From positions 16,168 to 80,167 of the forward strand of contig JBFRWN010000070.1 in NCBI GenBank assembly GCA_051439605.1: a stretch of DNA of 64,000 nt, given 5' to 3'. This document shows positions 9,744 through 19,398 of this stretch, piece after piece; position 1 is the first letter of the stretch; every line of letters begins with the position of its first letter. The notes beneath the pieces were generated by a model, which was given only the letters and a program-made list of their open reading frames with translations, ran no database searches and was not told the origin of the DNA. The DNA comes from Synechococcus sp. Lineage in GTDB: Bacteria; Cyanobacteriota; Cyanobacteriia; Thermostichales; PCC-7336. Position numbers and translations under genes: made by a program.

Positions 9744-10041
9744 CTCCGCGCCCTCAGAATTCCACTGGCGTCCCCTAGTTTTAAGTCTAGAGATAGATTG
9801 TGGGGAAAGCGTGAGTCTGACAAGCCAGGGATGTCTTCGATTCCGGAAAACGAAAGAATCGTCGTCACAATAATTATCTGGACTATGGACTCCAGCAACT
9901 GCAAGAGCCCTCACTCCCTAAGGTTCTGCTAAACCGCAGGAAAGCTACAATCGCGGGCCCCTTTCCAGCGTGGCATTTCCCAACATTGAGGTATCGGTTG
10001 TTAAGCTGTTCGGGCAATTGAAAAGCTGCTCTAAGTGGATG

Positions 10042-12864
10042 TTAAGCCGGCGTCTTCCGATTGTTGCGCCAACGCCTCCACCCCAGCAAAGCCATCCCCA
10101 TTACCACTAATCCCAAAAGCATCCATTCTTCAGGCTCTGGCACCCCAGAAACCGTCAGCGGGTCAAATGGTTCTCCTAACTCCTCAATCCCCGATTCCAC
10201 CTCGCGGTCAAATCGATCCTCGGCATTCTCTGCCTCGTCCAAATCCTCTAGCTGCCGCTCGTTCACCAACACAATCATGGAGGAATAAGGGCTGACCACC
10301 TTGTAACTTGTGGCGATCGCGTGTAGCCGATCCAGCTGCTCTAATTCACTGCTGCCCCCTCGACTCAAGTCAGCAATCAGCTGACGAGCGGCGATCGCTG
10401 CAAAGCCGCTGCCTCCATCCGATACCTCATCCGACAGTGCCAAATCGCTGCCCACATCTGTACCGGCTCTCTCCCACAAATATCCATCTATCACGCCGAT
10501 TGCCGTAGGTTGCTGCGAGCGTACTGTCAAGGTGTCTATGATTTGCGCCATATCGGTAGACACCCCACCGTGGCTTTGCTGAATAGCATCGAGCATAACG
10601 TCATCGTAAGAAGCCGGTAGCTGCCCCCCCACGTGCATTAGCCAAAGGGGAACCGAAACCTCGCTATCTAGGGAGAGATCGGTGGCCAGTTCGTAACTGC
10701 CTGCATCGGTGACCAGCACGACAGCGTCGTAGGTTCTCCCCTCCTGCTGCTGAAGAAAAGCGTTCAGCATTTCTTGGGGCTGAATTGAGCCGTAGTTAAC
10801 GATCGATGCAGCATCAAATTGCTGTAAGTCATCAATTCTTTTCGCTTCAAATCCTTGTCTGCTGAGATAGAGATCGGCGTCATTCTTGCTTAGTTCGCGA
10901 TCGCTAAATCCGCGCTCTTTCAGCCAATTAAACAGCTCGATAACTTCAGCTTTATTGGCTTCCATACTGAACGAGCGATCGAGCAGGATTGCTAGATGCA
11001 ACTTTGGTTCGATTGCTTCATCCGGTTGCAGATCGCCCTGGAAGGGAGTAGCTTGCAGCTCGTAATCATCTAGCAACTTGACTCTGTGCTCTTTCGGCTG
11101 ATAATCCGCTGTGGCAGGTAATATCTGCTCCAACCAGCTGTCTTGGGAGGGGATTTTCTCACCATTGCGCAATCGTTCTGTTTTGCCGTTCCAATAGACA
11201 TTGCGATACTCGATTGCCTGCGGTAGCGGCCATCCCTGGGGCTGTTGTAGCACGCTATAGGCCATCCACAAATGCAGCTCTGACTGGCGATCGTCATTCA
11301 ATTGCTTGGAGGGAATGGGGAAGGCTCGCAGTCGGTATTGTCTTGGCCCCACCTGTTCTAACAGGGCAGGGTCAACCTGCCGCCTCACCTCGTTGTTATA
11401 CACCTGTTGAGCAGCCCCTCTCGGAGACACCCGGAACTGATAGCGATCTGCCCTCGAAGGACTATTTCCCAGCCACAATCCAGTCAGGGTGGCACTTTCT
11501 AGCAATGAAAACGTATAGAAAATTTCTTGGTCTTGAAAGGTTTGATTTTGGTAGGTTTCGTGAATCTCTATGTCTGCCCAATCCTGATGTTCGTTGATAG
11601 AGATTTCCTGTTGTTTGAGCCAAACTAATGTTTGGTCGATATTAATCAACCCTGCTTGGGCTTCTTGGCGATTAAAAGTAGAGTCCAAAGCAAATTGGAT
11701 TGCTCCCCGCTCCCCCTTTTGAATGGAGGTATCGAAAAACTCTGAATAGAGGGATTCTGCTTTGCGGACGTCGCTGCGGGAGCCATCGTACAAGAAAGGG
11801 GCCATCAATTGGTTGTAGAACCGCTGTAGCCCTAAACAGACCCCGTCAGGCAGTCGGAAGACCTGGCGGTACATGGCATAGATGTGGTTGTTATCTTCCC
11901 GGCTGCTGAGATAGCGATAGGGAGAAAGATAGGCATTGCGCAGTCCAACCTGAATGGTATCCGCTTCGGCCAAGAGCTCCTGTCTAGCTTGGTTGGTTTG
12001 TGGGGACGTGGCTAGTAGTTCAAAGGCTTTTGCGGAGGGCTGTTGCTGCAAGAGTAGGCAAGCGAGCGCTCCTATAGCGGTTGTGGCTGTCACTGCGGCG
12101 ATCGCAATTCCCTGTCCGTATTGCTTGGAAAACCATTGCAGCGATCGACGTCCATCCCGCACGTACAGCCAGCAAAGTGCCAGGGGCATGCCAAAGAACA
12201 AGGTTGCCGACATGCCAAACAGGATTAACGACAGAAGTATCCAGATGCCACTGCTCAGTAAATAGGTAAACCCCTCCGAGACCAGCTCTAGCAGGGGTTC
12301 GAACCAGCCAAACGAGAAAAATCCGATCGCCGTCACCCATACAGCGGGCAGTACATAAAAGGCAAGCACAACGGTTCCGTAGATCCCCACCCAGAACACC
12401 GCTGTCTGACCGCTTAAGTTCAACCAATCCTTTAGAGGAGAGTCTAAATGGATCTTTTTTTCACCCTTTTGAGACACCTTCCCCTGAATCAGATTAAGGA
12501 GATACACCACGATCGCCACCACAATCGTGCCAAGGGCAAAAGCAGCCCCTGCAGGAAGTTCGCGCACAAGGAACAGACGCAGAAGACACAGCAAAAAGAA
12601 CGGAGCTTCCACACCGTAGAACAAGCGTCCTAACCGATCGGGTTGGGTTCTGAATTTCGCAAACCCAATCCCCGTGCAGATCAAAGGGACAGCAACGATC
12701 CCTAAAAAGGACAGCAATAGGCTGTAGGGGATAGCTCCTGCGGCGATCACACGGGGAATAACGGCCCCTCCCGCTGGCAAAATGCCCGCCAAGACGATGA
12801 GGAGGAAAATACCGTTCCAACCCCAGAAAATGCAGTGGATTGCGATCGCTCTCAGTCTTTTCAT
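10042..12864 (-). CDS. PEP-CTERM integral membrane protein (TIGR02921-like; multi-TM, VIT-like and vWA-like domains), exosortase O target
   Basis: Several N-terminal TM helices, LLDRSFSM and VLVTDAGS vWA motifs, C-terminal VPEPEEW + TM + RRWR. Confidence 0.85.
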   Translation of the reverse strand: MKRLRAIAIHCIFWGWNGIFLLIVLAGILPAGGAVIPRVIAAGAIPYSLLLSFLGIVAVPLICTGIGFAKFRTQPDRLGRLFYGVEAPFFLLCLLRLFLVRELPAGAAFALGTIVVAIVVYLLNLIQGKVSQKGEKKIHLDSPLKDWLNLSGQTAVFWVGIYGTVVLAFYVLPAVWVTAIGFFSFGWFEPLLELVSEGFTYLLSSGIWILLSLILFGMSATLFFGMPLALCWLYVRDGRRSLQWFSKQYGQGIAIAAVTATTAIGALACLLLQQQPSAKAFELLATSPQTNQARQELLAEADTIQVGLRNAYLSPYRYLSSREDNNHIYAMYRQVFRLPDGVCLGLQRFYNQLMAPFLYDGSRSDVRKAESLYSEFFDTSIQKGERGAIQFALDSTFNRQEAQAGLINIDQTLVWLKQQEISINEHQDWADIEIHETYQNQTFQDQEIFYTFSLLESATLTGLWLGNSPSRADRYQFRVSPRGAAQQVYNNEVRRQVDPALLEQVGPRQYRLRAFPIPSKQLNDDRQSELHLWMAYSVLQQPQGWPLPQAIEYRNVYWNGKTERLRNGEKIPSQDSWLEQILPATADYQPKEHRVKLLDDYELQATPFQGDLQPDEAIEPKLHLAILLDRSFSMEANKAEVIELFNWLKERGFSDRELSKNDADLYLSRQGFEAKRIDDLQQFDAASIVNYGSIQPQEMLNAFLQQQEGRTYDAVVLVTDAGSYELATDLSLDSEVSVPLWLMHVGGQLPASYDDVMLDAIQQSHGGVSTDMAQIIDTLTVRSQQPTAIGVIDGYLWERAGTDVGSDLALSDEVSDGGSGFAAIAARQLIADLSRGGSSELEQLDRLHAIATSYKVVSPYSSMIVLVNERQLEDLDEAENAEDRFDREVESGIEELGEPFDPLTVSGVPEPEEWMLLGLVVMGMALLGWRRWRNNRKTPA

Positions 12865-12900
12865 CAGTCCCTTTCCCAGAAATTTTTGACTGTTGGCTAA

Positions 12901-14493
12901 TTAGATAAGCGAAGAGTTCGTATTGGCACTCGAGACCGCAAAGCTATGGGAAATTGCGTCCTGTAACGCAGTTGCCATTGACTCGATCTGTTCGTTACCA
13001 GGCAGCAATGGGCGATCGAACAAAATCGACACCATCACCCAGGGCGTATCGGGATGGGTGATGGACTGCCAAAACCGGGCTATATATTCATCAGTTGTCC
13101 CCTGTGGGGATTGAAACCAGTAGGTGGCGGACAGCTTACCGTGTTCCAGCGATAGCCACCTAGCATCCAGCCCTTTTGCCAGCTGTGTTTCCTGCATAGC
13201 ATCCACTTGAAAGCCGTTGCCCGCAAAGCACAATTCTGGAGGATGGTGAGACTTCCAATCTTGGGCCACAACCACCAGCATCGACCCGCTGACCCCGTCC
13301 CAATCAAACTGCCATTTTTCAGCAATGGGAATGGTGGGTTGGTTGAAAAAATGGGCTTCAACCTGACTTAACGGCAGCGGAGTTGCATTGAATTGCTGTG
13401 GCAGCTGTATCGCTGAGATCGCCCCTTGAGAGACGAGTGGAGCAATTCCATTGCTGGCGATCGCAAAAGCCGCCAGAATAGTTACGAGACCCACTTGCCA
13501 GCGTCGATTCAGTCTATCGATGTCTTTTGTGACATAGGCTGTCAGTTGCTCTGGGTTACCGCATGCTGGACGATCGCGGGCAGCAGTGTCAGCCTTTGGC
13601 ACCCACTGCAGTAACAGCCATCCCACCCCGCAAGAAAGACAAAAGCCAATTAACCCCAGCGGTAGGTGCAGCACCTCGGCAAAGGAACGAGCACCCAGTC
13701 CGTAGGCGATCGCCACTAAGAGAAACACCCGGACAGCATTGGCCCAGAACAGACAAAATAGGGTTCCACAGGCAGCTAACAACCAGCGCAGTCCCAATTG
13801 TCGTTGTTCTAGCAAGGTAACTAGCAAAACAAACACACCGCCCGTCCACAGGCTTTTGAGGCCGCTGCAGGGCAAATCTACATGGGCAATTCCGTTCTCC
13901 AACAGAATGATGTCGTTGGCTGAAATCGCTGCTACATGCCACAGGTGCATGGCCCGCTCGACCAAATGGGCCGTCATCACTCTGGCAGGGACCCCTAATC
14001 CCGTTTGGAACTGCGTACTGAAGGGCAGAATGCAGGTAACTAGGGCTGTCACGGGCCATCCCTGCTTCCAGGCTCTGGGGGTTAAGTGCAGCCCCAGTAA
14101 ACCGTAAGTACCGAGGGACAGCAGCATTACGTTCAGCTGGGGAATATCTACAAGAGGTTTGAGCAGCAGAGAACCGAACCCTCCCCCCACCGCCACCGCT
14201 AACGGCCACCAATGGCCATAGCACCTCATCCGAAAACTCCACGCAGAGGAAGAGCCCTTTGCCTTTGTTATCCTGCCTAGCAGCTTCCAAGCCACAATTG
14301 CGCCTACCCCCAAAGCAAGCCCTAGGTTTGTGTTGGAGGCTGCATCCAATGTAGAGAACAACCACCGTAAGGATCCCCAATGGGTGTATCCCCATAGCCC
14401 CCAGACGCATGCCGTCATGGCCACGGACAATATTGCCGGTGGCATTGGGCGATCGCCCAAAACTATAGTTGGGCCGGTGCTTGACTCCTGCAT
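12901..14493 (-). CDS. xrtO: Exosortase O with C-terminal EpsI-like domain
   Basis: Multi-TM protein; VDLPCSG (catalytic Cys), ANAVR (Arg), LHLPLG (His), HHPPELCF; directly upstream of a PEP-CTERM gene. Confidence 0.8.
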   Translation of the reverse strand: MQESSTGPTIVLGDRPMPPAILSVAMTACVWGLWGYTHWGSLRWLFSTLDAASNTNLGLALGVGAIVAWKLLGRITKAKGSSSAWSFRMRCYGHWWPLAVAVGGGFGSLLLKPLVDIPQLNVMLLSLGTYGLLGLHLTPRAWKQGWPVTALVTCILPFSTQFQTGLGVPARVMTAHLVERAMHLWHVAAISANDIILLENGIAHVDLPCSGLKSLWTGGVFVLLVTLLEQRQLGLRWLLAACGTLFCLFWANAVRVFLLVAIAYGLGARSFAEVLHLPLGLIGFCLSCGVGWLLLQWVPKADTAARDRPACGNPEQLTAYVTKDIDRLNRRWQVGLVTILAAFAIASNGIAPLVSQGAISAIQLPQQFNATPLPLSQVEAHFFNQPTIPIAEKWQFDWDGVSGSMLVVVAQDWKSHHPPELCFAGNGFQVDAMQETQLAKGLDARWLSLEHGKLSATYWFQSPQGTTDEYIARFWQSITHPDTPWVMVSILFDRPLLPGNEQIESMATALQDAISHSFAVSSANTNSSLI

Positions 14494-14914
14494 GGTTTCA
14501 TCCGGTTTTACCTACAGCGTTCCCGAGGACATGACCGAATCCTCAATTCTCACTCCTCGTACAGTAGCGAATACGGTTCTCCGTAAGCGGACAAGCCGCT
14601 GCTCAAAACCACAATCCAGCAAGCTCGCCTGCGCATAAGTTTGGCAATAGCGCCTGTAAAGTCTATAGAGAATAGGCTGCAACAATCTAGACGACGCTTG
14701 ACACACACTTTCAGTGGGCAAAAAAGGCACAGAAGGAACCGAAGACAATCGCCAAACAGAGACATATTGTGTCGCAATTACAACTATGGACTCGATATAC
14801 CTGTGCTAATATTGACACATTAGACAATAACGCAATCCGTAGTATTACTGAAATCATGGTATTGCGGATTGAATTTTTTGAAATATGTCTATGTTGATGT
14901 TGTAGGTAGATCAG

Positions 14915-15607
14915 ATGGTCAGTCTCTCCGTGCCTCTCTTCTCCAATTCACAATCCTTCGCTGATAGTGATCGAGAATTTGCACTCAACGTGCTGCGTTC
15001 TCCGCTGGTGCAGCGACTGAAGGCTGCAGGTTTAATCGATAGTATCAACGCTGATATTGTCGAATGGATAAAGGAATGGCGCCAGGTCGGTGGTAGTTTT
15101 GCCAGCGTTTTCTCTAAGCGTTCCGGCTTGTCGATGCAAACGCTGAGGTTTTTCTCGCAAAAAGACCCCCTTCCCTCCGCCGGTGGCCGTCTCGGTGATT
15201 ACTTGGTTGCCGCAGGCTTGGTACCTCGGGTAACAGTTCTTGAGACCCTCGCTGAAATTAACAATAGCAATCGCAAGCAGCTACTAGGGCACGCACTCGT
15301 TAAGCGCAAGTACATTTCTAAGCAAACAGCTAACTACTTTGCAGAAACCTACACAAATCCTTCTCCAGAATCCTTGGATCCGGAACACGCTCTCCTGAGC
15401 AAAGGATTGGCGCGCCCGCAGCAGCGCAAAGCCCCTTACTCATTAGACGAATTCTTTCTCTTGGCAGCAGATGCTGCCATCCATGCCCGGTCGATTGCCC
15501 CCAAACTGCGTGAAGACGCAGCAGACATGCTAGCGGCCTATCCCAAACACCGCATTGTCAAATACTGGTGTGCCCGTTTGGGAGTAACCACAAGCAAGGT
15601 GTTCTAG
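14915..15607 (+). CDS. Hypothetical protein with MshEN-like RLGxxLxxxGL motifs
   Basis: RLGDYLVAAGLV...LLGHALVKRKYIS. Confidence 0.55.
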   Translation: MVSLSVPLFSNSQSFADSDREFALNVLRSPLVQRLKAAGLIDSINADIVEWIKEWRQVGGSFASVFSKRSGLSMQTLRFFSQKDPLPSAGGRLGDYLVAAGLVPRVTVLETLAEINNSNRKQLLGHALVKRKYISKQTANYFAETYTNPSPESLDPEHALLSKGLARPQQRKAPYSLDEFFLLAADAAIHARSIAPKLREDAADMLAAYPKHRIVKYWCARLGVTTSKVF

Positions 15608-15905
15608 GTAATTCTCGGGCTAATGCGCAATGTTTGCCGGAGAGCGTGGCGGATTTGCACAATTGTTTTTAGGAAACTTGGCTGCGATTCGATCGTTCGG
15701 CAGGGGTTACCGGCAGAGGCGATTCCGGCGATCGCGAAACAGCTTGTAATCAATTTTGTTTACTTTAACAACTAGTTTGTCTCGGAGTAAGTTGCTTTTA
15801 AAGCAGCGTTAGAGACAGCGTTTTTTATCTAGGGATGCCTAGCAGAATATTTTGGGAGTCCACCCTTTATTTGATTATTATTGTCAATCTTCTGTCAAAG
15901 CCTGG

Positions 15906-15941
15906 AGGTAGCGAAGGGGCGGTCGCGCCCCCTCGCTACCT
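15906..15941. repeat. GC-rich REP-like hairpin
   Basis: AGGTAGCGAAGGGGCG-GTCG-CGCCCCCTCGCTACCT: 16-bp stem with one mismatch. Confidence 0.7.
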
Positions 15942-16039
15942 ACCGGTTCCAAGCAGAAATACGAAAGCTCGCCAAAAAGATACCTGGATACAAGCAAAAG
16001 ACCGGGGAAGAATAAAAATCAGCCATCCGAAACACCAAC

Positions 16040-16966
16040 ATGCCTGCCCCCAAGGACCCCAACCAGCCAGAACCTAAACGGGTCAACAACGCAGCAAAAC
16101 CGAACCCCTTCCCTCCAGTTACAACCACCTTCCTAGCCATCTGCACCTTCATCTACGCCGGACTTGCCCTCCAAAACAACTACACCTCCGTCGAAGCCGT
16201 CGCCCGATTCGGCTACCTTCCAGCCCCTTTGGTATACGAAGGAGGCTACTGGAGCCTCATCACCTCCGCATTTGTCCATTTCGACCTGATTCACCTAGTC
16301 TTCAACGCTGCCTGGATAGTGAAATTCGGCAGCAGCAGCGAACGAGTCATGGGGTCAATTCCCTACCTACTCTTCTACGCGATCGCAGCCTTCATCAGCT
16401 CATCAATGCAACTAGCCATCTCCGGTAACACCGGCATCGGAGCCTCAGGAGTGGTCTACGCCCTATTCGGATTTATGTGGGTCACCCGCAAGCGCATCCC
16501 CACTTTCTCCCAAGTCATCGACAAACAAATCATCAAACTCTTCATTGGCTGGCTGTTCTTCTGCATAGGGCTGAGCTACTTCAACATTCTGAACATCGGC
16601 AACGCCGCCCACTTTTCGGGCATGGTGTTTGGAATGCTGGTGGGAGCCATCGTCATTCGTTACAAATTTTTCGCCGCACTAGCAGGCTTAACTACCGCAA
16701 TCGCCTTCTCCTTCATCTCTCTTTTCTGGAGTCCTTGGTCAATCCAGTGGCTAACCTACAAGGCCTATCAAGCCCACGACGCGAAAGCCTACGGCCTGGC
16801 ACTCAATTACTACAATCGCCTCCTGCAAAAAGATGACGGTAACGCCTGGGCCTACTACAACCGCGCCTTAGTACACGACTCCATCGGCAACAGCCAACTC
16901 GCCCAATCCGACTGGGAAAAAGCCCGCCAGCTAGACCCCAGCTTGACTGAAAGAGAACCAGAATAA
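16040..16966 (+). CDS. Rhomboid intramembrane serine protease with C-terminal TPR
   Basis: FVHFDLIHLVFN, GASG (catalytic Ser), AHFSG (His); C-terminal TPR AYYNRALV. Confidence 0.9.
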   Translation: MPAPKDPNQPEPKRVNNAAKPNPFPPVTTTFLAICTFIYAGLALQNNYTSVEAVARFGYLPAPLVYEGGYWSLITSAFVHFDLIHLVFNAAWIVKFGSSSERVMGSIPYLLFYAIAAFISSSMQLAISGNTGIGASGVVYALFGFMWVTRKRIPTFSQVIDKQIIKLFIGWLFFCIGLSYFNILNIGNAAHFSGMVFGMLVGAIVIRYKFFAALAGLTTAIAFSFISLFWSPWSIQWLTYKAYQAHDAKAYGLALNYYNRLLQKDDGNAWAYYNRALVHDSIGNSQLAQSDWEKARQLDPSLTEREPE

Positions 16967-17369
16967 GCAATTTGGCTTCAGCAGACAACACAACTGCATA
17001 GAAAAAATTTTCTTTATAGCATGCATAAATAGTGCGAGAAGAAAGAAGCGTTTTTAATGCATCTATATGCTATCTATAACAGCCTAAATAAGCTGTTATT
17101 GTGCTAGCTAGACACACCATAAATAAAAGCACTTTGGAAGTGCCATAATGCTGTATAAGAGTTTATATTTTTTAATTACAGTGTTAGGCATTTAATTAGG
17201 TATTTTGTAAAATATGTAGTTAGAGGCCTGAGGCTATGTTGGCGTTACAAGGTGGATCGCCCCAGAATCTTCATCTGGCAAGCTATTCGACTTGTCCAGA
17301 AATGTGCATTTCAAGCCAGCAGAAAAAAATGGGAGGGACTATAAAGGGGCTTAGTAAACGAGTTCACCC

Positions 17370-18467
17370 ATGGCAGCTTTGAAGCAGTTTTGGCGATCGC
17401 TAAGGTCATCCCCCTACCTGAAACTCATTCCAGCAGTCGTAGGAGTCTTGCTGGTGTTTGCTGTCATGACATCAGGGGCATCGACAAGGGAATCTACAGA
17501 GACGCAAGACAATAACTGCGCCTATCATCCCGAAGCTTACGAAGGATTGAACCCAGCCGCGCTCGAAGGGGAATTAACCAGTACCGGATTGATTGGACGC
17601 ATTCACGGTGCCGCCTCCGAAGCGCAGTTGTACGTGCTTTCCGTGCGAGAACCCAACAACTTCTTTGCCCACACCGAATATTCGTTAGTACCCCGCGATG
17701 AAGATATTCCGAGCTTTCAACAGCTCTCTCGCCACGATTTAGTTTGCGTACAGGGAAAAGTACAGCAAAATCCCAGTCCCCAAACACACATTGCAGTAGA
17801 AGGGATTCAAACCCTAGACATCTGGTCTGGACTCGACAACTATCCCCCCTACCAGCACGAGCAAGGTATCCCAGATGAGTTGAAAGCGGGCGATCGCTTT
17901 GTGGGGAAAGTTCATGCCATTGGGGACGAGGGCAAAGTCTTAGTGGTCGAATACAAAGATGCCGTGTTGCCCGTGTTCGTGCGCTCCGGTGACGTTACCA
18001 AAGACCTCTATCGCGGAGATATTGTCCGCCTCGCCTATCGCATCCAGTCCTGGCCCGATCGCCCCCCTCACCTGCAGCTCGATCCCACTGCAGACACCCC
18101 CATCGAAGTCATTAGCTCCATAGCATCCTGGGATGGTCAAACGAAGACTCTTTCCGGCCAGCTAGTGAAGTTCCCCCGTAGCCCGCAAATTAAGTTGGAT
18201 GTTTACGCGATCGCAGTGCAAACCAAAGGGGTCAAACGCTATTTCACGCTAGTAAATTTCCAAGATATGGACCAGTTCCAAGCCATCCTGGATAAGCTTG
18301 CTGCAATTTGGGAAGACAACCAAGATGCTGCCGTCAACGGACGAAATTTATTGATTGAACCGAATGTCACGATTGAAGCGACTGGGAAAATCAACATGAT
18401 ATCTGCAGAGCAAGCCAACCCTCAGATTTTATTATCTAGCTTGAACGAGTTAAGGCAACTGCAATAG
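17370..18467 (+). CDS. Membrane-anchored or exported hypothetical protein, possibly tandem OB-like folds
   Basis: 365-aa ORF with an N-terminal hydrophobic helix and repeated beta-rich GxxH segments. Confidence 0.6.
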   Translation: MAALKQFWRSLRSSPYLKLIPAVVGVLLVFAVMTSGASTRESTETQDNNCAYHPEAYEGLNPAALEGELTSTGLIGRIHGAASEAQLYVLSVREPNNFFAHTEYSLVPRDEDIPSFQQLSRHDLVCVQGKVQQNPSPQTHIAVEGIQTLDIWSGLDNYPPYQHEQGIPDELKAGDRFVGKVHAIGDEGKVLVVEYKDAVLPVFVRSGDVTKDLYRGDIVRLAYRIQSWPDRPPHLQLDPTADTPIEVISSIASWDGQTKTLSGQLVKFPRSPQIKLDVYAIAVQTKGVKRYFTLVNFQDMDQFQAILDKLAAIWEDNQDAAVNGRNLLIEPNVTIEATGKINMISAEQANPQILLSSLNELRQLQ

Positions 18468-18567
18468 TTCATAGAGCTGGACTCACCGTTCAATAGTTGG
18501 ACGCTACTTCATTCTCACCATCCACAACAGTGCGGTAAAATTTTGGAGCTTTTGACTGCCATTTGCC

Positions 18568-19386
18568 ATGAGTGCCCTCTCTCCTGTTGCCCAAACTCCG
18601 ATTGTTCAACGGTTTCAAGAGTTGAAGGCACGCGGAGAGAAAGCCCTCATCCCCTACGTAACTGCTGGGGATCCAGATTTAGCCACAACCTTTGAAGCCC
18701 TCAAAGTTCTAGACCAAAATGGTGCTGACATCATTGAACTCGGCGTCCCATACTCTGACCCCTTGGCAGATGGTCCTGTCATTCAAGCGGCAGCCACGCG
18801 ATCGCTGGCTCAGGGAACCCGCCTTGATAGCATTTTGTCTGGCTTACAGGCTCTAGAGCTGAATGCCCCTATCGTGCTTTTCACCTACTTCAATCCAATC
18901 TTGCGCATGGGCATCCTCCAATTCATGCAGCACATTCGGGAAAGTGGCTGCAGCGGGTTAGTGGTCCCCGATTTGCCCTTGGAAGAAGCTCAGCCCCTCT
19001 TGAATGCAGCCGCAGAGGTTGGAGTGAACATCATTATGTTGGTGGCCCCCACCAGCCCGGTGGAGCGCATGCAAGAAATCGCCGATAAATCTTCAGGGTT
19101 CATCTACTTAGTCAGTACTACAGGGGTCACCGGCATGCGTGCCCAAATGGCCACCCGCGTCAAAGATTTGATCGGAGATTTACGTTCCCGCACAGAATTA
19201 CCGATCGCGGTGGGCTTCGGGATTTCTGGACCCGAACAAGCCAAACAAGTAATTGATTGGGGGGCAGATGCGGCTGTTGTGGGGAGTGCCTTCGTCAAGA
19301 AACTGGCGGACGCGTCAAATTCCGCAGAGGGACTAGAGGCAATAGGACAGTTCTGCCGCGAGTTGAAAGCTGCCCTGCGAGTTTGA
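18568..19386 (+). CDS. trpA: Tryptophan synthase alpha chain
   Basis: [27 protein letters not shown] and VGFGIS. Confidence 0.97.
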   Translation: MSALSPVAQTPIVQRFQELKARGEKALIPYVTAGDPDLATTFEALKVLDQNGADIIELGVPYSDPLADGPVIQAAATRSLAQGTRLDSILSGLQALELNAPIVLFTYFNPILRMGILQFMQHIRESGCSGLVVPDLPLEEAQPLLNAAAEVGVNIIMLVAPTSPVERMQEIADKSSGFIYLVSTTGVTGMRAQMATRVKDLIGDLRSRTELPIAVGFGISGPEQAKQVIDWGADAAVVGSAFVKKLADASNSAEGLEAIGQFCRELKAALRV

Positions 19387-19398
19387 GCTCAGAGGACT

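Larger units (their letters stand above)
7523..9886. repeat. Cluster of 7 copies of ATAGTCCAGATAA(TTATT), 3 forward and 4 reverse
   Basis: Forward copies at 7523-7540, 8316-8333 and 8530-8542; reverse copies at 8550-8562, 8835-8852, 9020-9034 and 9869-9886. Confidence 0.95.

Noticed and set aside
7523..9886. CRISPR array interpretation of the ATAGTCCAGATAA repeats
   Set aside because: Repeats are only 13-18 bp, spacing is irregular (7 to over 800 bp), orientation is mixed and there are no cas genes.
9744..9914. N-terminal extension of the USP ORF
   Set aside because: The USP fold starts at MKRILIALD (9743); the extension has no USP similarity and crosses a motif copy.
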